This document shows positions 49,506 through 57,719 of a stretch of DNA of 64,000 bases, piece after piece (the first letter of the stretch is position 1; every line of letters begins with the position of its first letter). The stretch spans positions 27,573 to 91,572 of the IMG/VR virus record IMGVR_UViG_3300046703_000100; one strand, written 5' to 3'. The stretch is from a virus. Under the pieces are notes generated by a model. That model had not been told where the DNA came from and ran no database searches. It worked only from the letters and a program-made list of their open reading frames with translations. The translations under genes and the position numbers were made by a program.

Positions 49506-50098
49506 AAATATAAAGCCTCCATTACTTTACTAAAATAAGCAAACCAATAGTCTCTATTATAATTTGCTAAACAATTACATTTATTACAAAGAGTAATTAA
49601 ATTTTCTTCTTTGCAATTATTTTTACTATAATCTATATGATGAATCGATAATTTTTTATTAATTTCTTTTATTTGTTGGTCTTCAATTTTGAAACAATAT
49701 TGACATTCGTGATGGTCTCGGTCTCTTATTTGTTCTTTTAAATTATCGTTAAATTCTATCGAATAGAGATTATTCCAAATACCGCCTTGCCAATTGGGGT
49801 TATCTTCGCCAATATTTTTACCAATATGTTTTTCACTTATTTGTTGTTTGGTTTCTTTCGTATGATGTTTACCATACATACCGTTATTTTCTGGTTTAGA
49901 TAATCTTTTTATTGCTCTATTTTTAATATCGATTATCAATTGTGGATTTTCTTTAAAAGCATGTTTTGTAGCACAAGAAGGACATCTTCCTCCACCAAAT
50001 CTTGCTGTTTTTCTACATATGTTCTCTCCACAATCGGTACAATGACCTTTGTGCATTATTTCATATTGTTTTGAATATTCTTTACGATATTTATTCAT
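49493..50098 (-). CDS. HNH endonuclease (paralogue 3, NUMOD3, HNN variant)
   Basis: MYGKHHTKETKQQIS; IRDRDHHECQYC...HHIDY...LITLCNKCN. Confidence 0.88.
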   Translation of the reverse strand: MNKYRKEYSKQYEIMHKGHCTDCGENICRKTARFGGGRCPSCATKHAFKENPQLIIDIKNRAIKRLSKPENNGMYGKHHTKETKQQISEKHIGKNIGEDNPNWQGGIWNNLYSIEFNDNLKEQIRDRDHHECQYCFKIEDQQIKEINKKLSIHHIDYSKNNCKEENLITLCNKCNCLANYNRDYWFAYFSKVMEALYLCQK

Positions 50099-50100
50099 AT

Positions 50101-50340
50101 TTATAATTTATCTACTTCTTCAGAACCTTTAGTATAATATTTCTCTTCTTCGGGGTCTAACATAATTAATAAAGAAATAAATTCTCCAGCATGTACACGT
50201 TCTTCATTCGCTATAGATATTAAAACTTTCTTTGCAAGTTCATCATCACATTGTTCAGCAAGGGTTGTATAATCGGCAATTGCTCCGTATTCTGCTGTAA
50301 TCATTTTACGAATCTGACGAATAAGTTCTTGTTTAGTCAT
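50101..50340 (-). CDS. short ferritin-like (rubrerythrin/EncFtn-type) protein
   Basis: AEYGAIADY and IANEERVHAGEF di-iron motifs in a two-helix half bundle. Confidence 0.85.
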   Translation of the reverse strand: MTKQELIRQIRKMITAEYGAIADYTTLAEQCDDELAKKVLISIANEERVHAGEFISLLIMLDPEEEKYYTKGSEEVDKL

Positions 50341-52358
50341 TATTTTTTACCTTTGAATTTTCCTGCCAAACGTTCCCAAAGAGAAAGATTGCTTTTTGCT
50401 AATCCTGATTTTCGTACTGCACTATACGCAACCCGAAAGGCATATTGTTCAACTGCTTTAATAGGTTTTCCTTTAGCCATCATATATCTAAACGCTCCAT
50501 TAAATGCTCCCCGAAAAACTTTTTGTTTCTCTTCTGACATTTTCTTTATAGCAGGAGGTAGTGAATTTAAACTTGTGTATGGTGCAGTAACTAAATCATT
50601 CTCTGAAGCAGTCTTGGCATATGCTGGATGATTTTCTCCGACCCATGTTTTTGCTTCTGATTGTTTCCAAGTATTTTTATCGAATAAATAAGATTGTATT
50701 GTTGTTGTCTTTTGACCTTTTATTTTCCCTATAATTGCTTTAATGTGTTTTGAAGGTGAAAGAACTATTGTTCTAAAAGATTTATCATCAAATTGTTTCG
50801 GGTCTTTTTGACGATAGCGAAGATAATTTTCTGTAATTCTTACTCCTGATTTTCTTGCTAATTCTAATTCATCTGAATCAAAATTAACTATCTCTGCTGT
50901 AATTACATCATTATCTTCTTCTTCAAATGCACTATAATTCCAATTCTGTGTTTCTGTTCCTGTTCGGTCTTGAAGAGTTTCTTTGCCATCTTTATTAGTA
51001 GCTGTTGGAGGAATAACCTCTGTATTTGTTCCTTGTATATCTATTCCTTTTCCTTCTTGATTTTGAGTAATAGGAGGATACATTGTAATTGAATCACCAG
51101 ATTTTTCTTCTTTTTCTCTTCGGAATTTCTCGGTTTCATAATCTCCTTCACCAACTAATTCTACAAAAGTTCTCTTAGATAACAAACCTCTATCATAAAG
51201 AGTTCTTAATTTCTCTTTAAATTCGTCAGTCATAAAAGAACGAACTGGGGAAGATGATATATATAATTTTGATGCGTTATATTTAATGTGCGAATCGTTT
51301 TTCTCGGCAATAAGATAAAGAAGGGTATTTAAAATATGCTTAAAATCTTCAATAGCTGAATTAATTTCTTGAATAAACGCTTTAGGATTTAGGACAGATT
51401 CTCGACGATTAGAAACTACGCCCTGAACTATATCTATAAAACCAAGACCTGAAAGAATATTTCTTTCGGCTTGTTCGAAGAGTTCTGCCTGAAATAATGT
51501 CTTTAAATCTGGAATTAAATGTTTTATCTCTTCATCAAAATTTGTAACTCTCATCGGTGTCTTAACCTGTTTATCATCCAAATGCATTACACGAAGATTC
51601 TCATACAACTGTTGGAATTGATTTACAACTTCTTGTAATTCAGGTTGTGAATAAGTCTTCTGTTGATTTAAAGCAAGACCTTCAGTACCTTTCTGCACTA
51701 ATAGCATATAAGGAATAATCTGGTCAAGAACTTCTATTTCTTTTTTCTTTAACGATTCTATAATTTTATAATTATAATAAACACCACGCTTAATTGTATA
51801 AGGAATAGGATATTTATCAAACCATCTACAATAAGGACGATTAACTATATGAGTGCCTGGCGTAATTTTATTCTCAGAATCTTTACCTATATAATAAGAC
51901 CATGAATCTACTGTAAGAACATCAGTGTTTTTATCTTTTTCTAAAGCATGAATTGAACCACCATCTACAAAAATCATTTGGTCAGGAAGAAGAAGATTTG
52001 TAGTAGGGTCTTTTTTCCAATGAGCTATCTGAAGAACACAGAATGAAGAGTATTTCCACCTCTCCTGCATATACTCTTTTGCTAATGCTTTAATACCCAT
52101 TGGAATTGTTCCATAGGGAGCATTAATGGTATTGAGCCAATTATTTAATACTTCATCAAGTTGGTCATTCTCAGCTTCGATACGGTAAGAAACTGAAGCA
52201 GATTGCACTGCAAAATCGGTAAGCACATCAACCAACCCTGTCATATCATTACGAAACATACTCGCTACTACCTCACATTGATTGTGGAAATCTGCCGGAA
52301 CTACGATTTTCCGGAGGAGGAGCGATAATATATACGTCATAATCATGCTTGAATCCAC
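50340..52358 (-). CDS. portal protein with C-terminal accessory domains including ChaB
   Basis: Position between TerL and protease; helical portal-like region to ~aa 430; C-terminal PY...LP..I......Q..F..AFN.A...E..A.RVA..AV (ChaB). Confidence 0.78.
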   Translation of the reverse strand: MDSSMIMTYILSLLLRKIVVPADFHNQCEVVASMFRNDMTGLVDVLTDFAVQSASVSYRIEAENDQLDEVLNNWLNTINAPYGTIPMGIKALAKEYMQERWKYSSFCVLQIAHWKKDPTTNLLLPDQMIFVDGGSIHALEKDKNTDVLTVDSWSYYIGKDSENKITPGTHIVNRPYCRWFDKYPIPYTIKRGVYYNYKIIESLKKKEIEVLDQIIPYMLLVQKGTEGLALNQQKTYSQPELQEVVNQFQQLYENLRVMHLDDKQVKTPMRVTNFDEEIKHLIPDLKTLFQAELFEQAERNILSGLGFIDIVQGVVSNRRESVLNPKAFIQEINSAIEDFKHILNTLLYLIAEKNDSHIKYNASKLYISSSPVRSFMTDEFKEKLRTLYDRGLLSKRTFVELVGEGDYETEKFRREKEEKSGDSITMYPPITQNQEGKGIDIQGTNTEVIPPTATNKDGKETLQDRTGTETQNWNYSAFEEEDNDVITAEIVNFDSDELELARKSGVRITENYLRYRQKDPKQFDDKSFRTIVLSPSKHIKAIIGKIKGQKTTTIQSYLFDKNTWKQSEAKTWVGENHPAYAKTASENDLVTAPYTSLNSLPPAIKKMSEEKQKVFRGAFNGAFRYMMAKGKPIKAVEQYAFRVAYSAVRKSGLAKSNLSLWERLAGKFKGKK

Positions 52359-52374
52359 TTTTAGTCTCCTTTAA

Positions 52375-53148
52375 TTAATTGCACAATAAATTTTTTTGAA
52401 TTAAATTTTGAAATAATTTTATCCAATTTTCCCGATTATAATTAACTTTAATATTACAAGTATTACATAAACTAATAAGATTTTCTTCTTTACAATTTTG
52501 TTTATTGTAATCAATATGATGAACATCTAAAACACGACCACGTAAAACTTTATAATCAACTTCTGCTATACCACACTTTTGACAAATATGATTATCTCGT
52601 TGTCGAATGGCTTCTTTTAAAGATTCGTTAAATTCTTTAGTATAAGGAAGAAAACTACGTCCGTCAACATAAGAAGGATGGTTTTCTGGATTCGCTAATC
52701 GTATTTTGGTACTACAAGAATGACATAATTCTGTACCGTATAATCCATTTAGTAAACTAATTTTTTTTCCGCAATCTTTACAATAGTATTGTTTTAAACA
52801 TTGTCCTGTTTTGTAATTAGGATTATTTTTACCTGTTAACTTTTGTCTATTTTTAGCAATATTCTTAGCATTGCAAACACGACATCTGGTCGCACGATTG
52901 TTTATTTTCATATCACAATCAATACAATATTTTTCTCCACAACATTTACCATGTTTATAACCAGGAGCATTTTTGCCTTTATAACAATCTGGATGGTCTG
53001 CATGATATTGTTTTAGTCCACAAGAATGACATCTACCACTACGATATAAAGCAGTTGAAAAATGAATCTTTTTCTGGCAGTCTATACAAAAATATTCTTT
53101 TTGTGTTATACCGCCTTTCCAATTTGGATTTTCTTTGTTCTTATTCAT
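52375..53148 (-). CDS. HNH endonuclease (paralogue 4, HNN variant) with three YCxDC zinc knuckles
   Basis: IRQRDNHICQKC...HHIDYNK.NC.EENLISLCNTCN. Confidence 0.88.
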   Translation of the reverse strand: MNKNKENPNWKGGITQKEYFCIDCQKKIHFSTALYRSGRCHSCGLKQYHADHPDCYKGKNAPGYKHGKCCGEKYCIDCDMKINNRATRCRVCNAKNIAKNRQKLTGKNNPNYKTGQCLKQYYCKDCGKKISLLNGLYGTELCHSCSTKIRLANPENHPSYVDGRSFLPYTKEFNESLKEAIRQRDNHICQKCGIAEVDYKVLRGRVLDVHHIDYNKQNCKEENLISLCNTCNIKVNYNRENWIKLFQNLIQKNLLCN

Positions 53149-53311
53149 TTTTCCTCATTCTCATCAGTTATTACGTATATCGGATTCGTTGCTTTATTAA
53201 AATAAATTTGTATTTTATAATTTTCTTTTTCTAAAATTTTATAAGTTTCTTTAGAATCAATTTCTTTATAACCTTGTAGTATTAATCCTTTAATTATTAT
53301 ATCTATATTCA

Positions 53312-53797
53312 TTATTCTTTTTCTTCAATTACTTTAACATTCTTCTTCAATAATTCTATAGTATTTTTATAAGCTTTTTCTAAAATTTTTGTGTCAAGTA
53401 CTTCGTCGTATATTTTTCCAGACCTTGCCATTCCTGCCATAACTATATCTGCCACTCTTTCAAGTACATCAAATAAATTTACATCATCTGGAACTCTATC
53501 TGTAAGATGATGACGTTCTGATAAATGAATATCTTTAAACCAATGCATCTTTTTAAAACTATCTGTTAAATCTTTATTTTCTTGAGTTGTAGAAAAATCT
53601 TTATAAAATTCATTTATATTTTCTAATTTTGTATGGTCATGGTTTAATGCAGAATAAATGATATTATAAGCCATCCATTGCATTGCTTTTTGTACGTCAT
53701 CAATATGTTGTTTTGAATCTGCTAACAAAGATTCTTTTGTAACTTTTTTAGTAGCAGTTCTTGAATCGGCATTTTGAGATTTTTTTATATTAATCAT
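53312..53797 (-). CDS. HD-like phosphohydrolase (DUF5662-like)
   Basis: HI..V, HDHTKL, H...ERHH, D..E..AD. Confidence 0.6.
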   Translation of the reverse strand: MINIKKSQNADSRTATKKVTKESLLADSKQHIDDVQKAMQWMAYNIIYSALNHDHTKLENINEFYKDFSTTQENKDLTDSFKKMHWFKDIHLSERHHLTDRVPDDVNLFDVLERVADIVMAGMARSGKIYDEVLDTKILEKAYKNTIELLKKNVKVIEEKE

Positions 53798-53800
53798 AAT

Positions 53801-55615
53801 TTATCCTTGAAATAAAATTGCTAATCTTCTAATTTCTTTATTAATCCATCCAGCGTTTTCTACATCTCCTCGACTATCGTTTTCCATCCATTTAGCATTT
53901 AGATAATTTGCTACATATTTATTATATTCTTCTTTAGAACACTTAATTAATTTTCGATTTAAAATTGCTGACTCTATTATTAATTTATCAACAGAATTTA
54001 CGGTTTTAGTTTCGAAATTCATCGCACCTAATCCACCATTACTTATTCCTAATTTTGGGGTGGAGTTGAAATCTTTCTTTGTCCAAACTGCTATCGCAAA
54101 AACTTTAAAAGCGTCAAACACGTGGTCGCCGTCTTCTGATACGCAAGCATAGACCGTTCTACTGCCGACTGTTCGGGCAATTACACTGTTTATTTGTTTC
54201 TCTAATTTGAAATCGTTTGGCATTAATATTCTGCCTTCATACAAAAGACTTTTTAAATGCCTAACGCCCCACTCTGACATAAATTCATCAAGTGGTATTG
54301 GTTTTCCATTTTCTAATATTACTTTACCGTTATCGTCTTTCTTCCAATCAACACCAATTTTTTCTTGACCTGAATAATATACTAAACTATTTTTTGGATA
54401 TTTCTTTTCAAGACGACGATATATTGCTCGACCAGTTCCATCTCCACAATCCAACCCAATTACGTTTGCTTGTAGTTTCTGGATTAACCAATCGAATATT
54501 TCAAATTGTTCTTCGTCTTTTAATGAATATAGTGCAATTCTATATAGATAATGATATTTATTTCCTACTTCACTTAAAATTACAAGTTCGCTTCCACCAG
54601 CACCATCTCCTATATCACTTGCTATAAATATTCTGTCAGCATTTTTAGGTCTTTCAACTACAATCAAATTTTTAAAGTATGTGAAAGATTCTTTTTTAAT
54701 TTCAAAAACTTTTAATTCTGTTTTGCTGTCTATATAAGGTTCTATACGAGAAATATCAAACTCTGATATTCCGTCTTCGCAAACCTCACCGTTAACAAAT
54801 ATTCTATAATTAAGCGAATCAGTACCGCCGTATTCTTTTTGTCTATTCTTTTCTTCTTTATCATCAAATGTTGGATTAACTGATTGAGGCAAATTTAATA
54901 TTTTATTTTTATCTTCTGGATTGTAGAATGATTTTCCTGCTGGTGTAAATCTTGTAAAATTTGTCATACCACTAAGTCTAAGTACCGCACCGAGTTCCGA
55001 CAAAGAATCTTTTCTTTTGTCATAAGCTTTGTCAGTCTCTAAAGATGCTTCTTCAATCCATAGTTTACGAACATGTTTACCGAACCATTGTCTGCCAGCA
55101 TCTTTCGATGCGACATTCATATTAATTCCTTGAAGCAACCAGCCATTCTTTGCTTCCAACTCATATTTTGGGGAAGCTCTGAATCTTCTTTTGTACATAT
55201 GCAAAATCGGATTAAATGAAATAGCTCTCGTTACAACGTCTAATATATCCTGAAGGTGGATTGCGTCGGCAGAACTAAATCCACACCAACTATTTGCGTC
55301 GTGTAACATAGATAAGCATATATCTACTTTTTCAGTTACGAGAGATTTACCAAATTTTCTTCCGCCGTAATTATATAAATCTCCAGCCCCTTTTCGAAGT
55401 TCAAAACATTCTTTGGGGGAAAGACCTTTGACTTCGAAATCTATAAAAGGTTCTGACGATAACATCGGATATTGATACATTCTCAATAAACTAAGATTCT
55501 CTTTAAACTCACTAAGATTATCAAGACAACTAAAAAGACACTCGCTCATTGCAATAGGGGTATGCCAGTTTTGCATGAACAAAAGTTCTTTTTCTGTAAG
55601 CTTCTCTGTTATCAT
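53801..55615 (-). CDS. terL: terminase large subunit
   Basis: Walker A GGRKFGKS, Walker B LWIEEA, nuclease acidic residues ASDIG, GLD.G.G.G, DHVFDAF. Confidence 0.88.
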   Translation of the reverse strand: MITEKLTEKELLFMQNWHTPIAMSECLFSCLDNLSEFKENLSLLRMYQYPMLSSEPFIDFEVKGLSPKECFELRKGAGDLYNYGGRKFGKSLVTEKVDICLSMLHDANSWCGFSSADAIHLQDILDVVTRAISFNPILHMYKRRFRASPKYELEAKNGWLLQGINMNVASKDAGRQWFGKHVRKLWIEEASLETDKAYDKRKDSLSELGAVLRLSGMTNFTRFTPAGKSFYNPEDKNKILNLPQSVNPTFDDKEEKNRQKEYGGTDSLNYRIFVNGEVCEDGISEFDISRIEPYIDSKTELKVFEIKKESFTYFKNLIVVERPKNADRIFIASDIGDGAGGSELVILSEVGNKYHYLYRIALYSLKDEEQFEIFDWLIQKLQANVIGLDCGDGTGRAIYRRLEKKYPKNSLVYYSGQEKIGVDWKKDDNGKVILENGKPIPLDEFMSEWGVRHLKSLLYEGRILMPNDFKLEKQINSVIARTVGSRTVYACVSEDGDHVFDAFKVFAIAVWTKKDFNSTPKLGISNGGLGAMNFETKTVNSVDKLIIESAILNRKLIKCSKEEYNKYVANYLNAKWMENDSRGDVENAGWINKEIRRLAILFQG

Positions 55616-56262
55616 TCTTTCTTTCTTAAATAAATTTTATTCTCAAGCCATGCTATATATTTTTCTGAACAACCCAATACTTCAGCAATTTCTTTTAATG
55701 TTAGTTTGTTTGTTTTATATAATTCCCACAGTTTTTTATTACCGAGTACTTTTGATTCAAAGAAGGGATGCTTCATTGTTTCCCAATATTCGCTTTTCAT
55801 ATAAAGCAAAATCATCTTTGAACAGTGAGGGCAACTAAAAGTTCTATCTTGATTTTCTTGACACCAATTTTTAAACTTGGCTTCTAATTGTTGTATATAT
55901 TTAAACCCATCATCACCTTCCTGATTATTCAGGAGTCCTAATTTTTCTTTAAGTACAAGTACCTGCTCTAAGTTAGCATTCATCGCTTCAACAACATATT
56001 TAGGAACACTTATTTCTTTTTGGTTCTCGTCGGATAATGTTTTATTCTTTTTTTCTGTAGAGGCTTTTTTCTCTTCTATTTCTATCTTAAATCTTTCCTG
56101 AGTTATTTCACGATAAATTAATTCTTCTAGCAGTTGTAGGTCGGAGAATTGTGTTATATGGTAGATACTACAGTACTCGTCAAACTTCTTTTGTCCATGA
56201 ATTTTTTCGTATCTACCTAATCCCACGCCCTGATACAAATATTTTTCTTTAGATTCTTCCAT
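55612..56262 (-). CDS. putative terminase small subunit (Zn ribbon + C-terminal HTH)
   Basis: Immediately upstream of terL with ATGA overlap; helical core, CPHC, LTLKEIAEVLG. Confidence 0.55.
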   Translation of the reverse strand: MEESKEKYLYQGVGLGRYEKIHGQKKFDEYCSIYHITQFSDLQLLEELIYREITQERFKIEIEEKKASTEKKNKTLSDENQKEISVPKYVVEAMNANLEQVLVLKEKLGLLNNQEGDDGFKYIQQLEAKFKNWCQENQDRTFSCPHCSKMILLYMKSEYWETMKHPFFESKVLGNKKLWELYKTNKLTLKEIAEVLGCSEKYIAWLENKIYLRKKE

Positions 56263-56282
56263 ACGTTTTTCTTTTGGTTATG

Positions 56283-56306
56283 AAAAAAGAACCGATTTCT
56301 CGGTTC
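56283..56306 (-). terminator. intrinsic terminator upstream of the terminase genes
   Basis: Minus strand GAACCGA GAAA TCGGTTC TTTTTT. Confidence 0.7.
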
Positions 56307-56429
56307 GGTTAAATTTTATCCCAAACTATATATAAAAGATAAATAATATTCCATCTCTTGTAATTCATTAATGTTAACAATAAAAAAGTCAATAGACATA
56401 TTATTCCCCCTATTATATCTTATACTATA

Positions 56430-56458
56430 AGTATACCACATCTTTACCTAGATTGCAA
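56430..56458 (-). promoter_or_regulatory. sigma70-like promoter, phage-conserved family
   Basis: TTGCAA-17 nt-TATACT with TGG. Confidence 0.75.
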
Positions 56459-56550
56459 GTAATTTACATATTTATTTTCTTAACATGGAATGGGGTAGTG
56501 GGTTACGGTTTAAGTGAACTAAGTGTTCATGCCTTTAACCTTGCCCCATT

Positions 56551-56625
56551 TGGTAGCGGAGGCGAGAGTCGAACTCGCTATCTCTTGGTTATGAGCCAAG
56601 CAACCTTCCGATGGTCTGCTCCGCA
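56551..56625 (-). tRNA. tRNA-Met(CAT), initiator-like
   Basis: TGCGGAG acceptor, GACC/GGTT D stem, CTTGG-CTCATAA-CCAAG anticodon arm, GCGAG-TTCGACT-CTCGC T arm, encoded ACCA. Confidence 0.88.
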
Positions 56626-56791
56626 ATTTTTTATTCTTCTTTTGTTATTCTTCCGTTAAAATAATCTTCAACTTTATCTCTTAGCATATTATTTTTTATC
56701 TCTATATAATTCTTTAACAGTTTTTTATCGTTTTTATCTAAATCTAAAAAACGGAAGAATTTGTTACGTCCATCGTTCATGTATTAATCCT

Positions 56792-57529
56792 TTACTTTTT
56801 ACGAATCGTCCAGAAGTCTGATGCTAATTTATTTAAATATTCATATGGGAGAGTTCCGTATCCTTTATCGCCATAACTTTCCCCCCATGAATTTCTAAAG
56901 ATTATTCTCTTTTTATCTTGGTCATATCCTACTGCTAAAATTGCATGACCTCCTGCCGGAGATTCATTTGGTTTTGGCATATTTACTGTTCCAGATTTCA
57001 TTACTGTCTGTGTCATAAATCCGTCATAGACTGTAATTCCAAATATCACCGGATAGCCTTCTGCCAAGCATTTTAACATTTCATTTAAATTTGCTACAGA
57101 ATGATAAGAAGTTATAATATGTTTCTTAGCTTCTTTATATGCTTTTGTCGACGGACGTTGTGTAAAATCTTTTGTAATATATGGACATAATTCTTCTGAA
57201 CAATATCCCCATCTTACTAAAGTTTTTATTCCATCTCTTATCATTGCTCCAGAATCTTCCTGTACTGAACCTTCGAGAACTCTTTCATTATAATAAATAA
57301 AAAGACGAGATATATCATAAAAATTTGTATGATTCATAATTTCTAAATATTCTAATCCACCTACGATAGCATTTGCTGTACAAGACCCTATATCTTCTTG
57401 ATTTTCTACTTTAGAACAAGAAGAACGTAAATCTATCTTCTTAGGTAAAGATATTTTTGGCTGGATTGTTTTATAAAGATAATCTCGATTATCCGGTAAG
57501 TCTGGTTTCCAACCCCATTTAATTTTCAT
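56792..57529 (-). CDS. papain-family (C1A) cysteine peptidase
   Basis: WGWKPDLPD.RD, Q..IGSCTANA, SRLFIYYN, GGHAILAVGY, FRNSWG...GDKGY. Confidence 0.93.
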   Translation of the reverse strand: MKIKWGWKPDLPDNRDYLYKTIQPKISLPKKIDLRSSCSKVENQEDIGSCTANAIVGGLEYLEIMNHTNFYDISRLFIYYNERVLEGSVQEDSGAMIRDGIKTLVRWGYCSEELCPYITKDFTQRPSTKAYKEAKKHIITSYHSVANLNEMLKCLAEGYPVIFGITVYDGFMTQTVMKSGTVNMPKPNESPAGGHAILAVGYDQDKKRIIFRNSWGESYGDKGYGTLPYEYLNKLASDFWTIRKK

Positions 57530-57662
57530 ATGTTTCCTTTTTTAGAACTGTAAAAATATTTAAGACTATTGCACTAATAGCTAAAAAGATAACAACTAAA
57601 AAACCTACTATAATAGCTAAGAAGCCTACAATCAATGCTAAAATGTCTTCTAATAGTTTCAT
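57519..57662 (-). CDS. small single-TM membrane protein (47 aa)
   Basis: Read by hand: MKLLEDILALIVGFLAIIVGFLVVIFLAISAIVLNIFTVLKKETYEN*; overlaps the peptidase start. Confidence 0.5.
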   Translation of the reverse strand: MKLLEDILALIVGFLAIIVGFLVVIFLAISAIVLNIFTVLKKETYEN

Positions 57663-57685
57663 ATCTTTCTCACCTTCATACAATA

Positions 57686-57714
57686 AGTATACCATATTTT
57701 TAGATAGATGTCAA
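57686..57714 (-). promoter_or_regulatory. sigma70 consensus promoter, phage-conserved family
   Basis: TTGACA-17 nt-TATACT with TGG. Confidence 0.8.
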
Positions 57715-57719
57715 GTATC

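Noticed and set aside
33058-53148. HNH genes as group I intron ORFs or RNA-guided (IscB/HEARO-like) nucleases
   Set aside because: Flanking genes look intact, intergenic gaps are only a few to ~60 nt, and there are no RuvC motifs or room for a structured RNA
22289-55838. Plus-strand ORFs opposite the structural genes (e.g. 24276, 36250, 45832, 46879, 50251, 54292)
   Set aside because: Antisense shadows of real genes; no RBS or recognisable motifs
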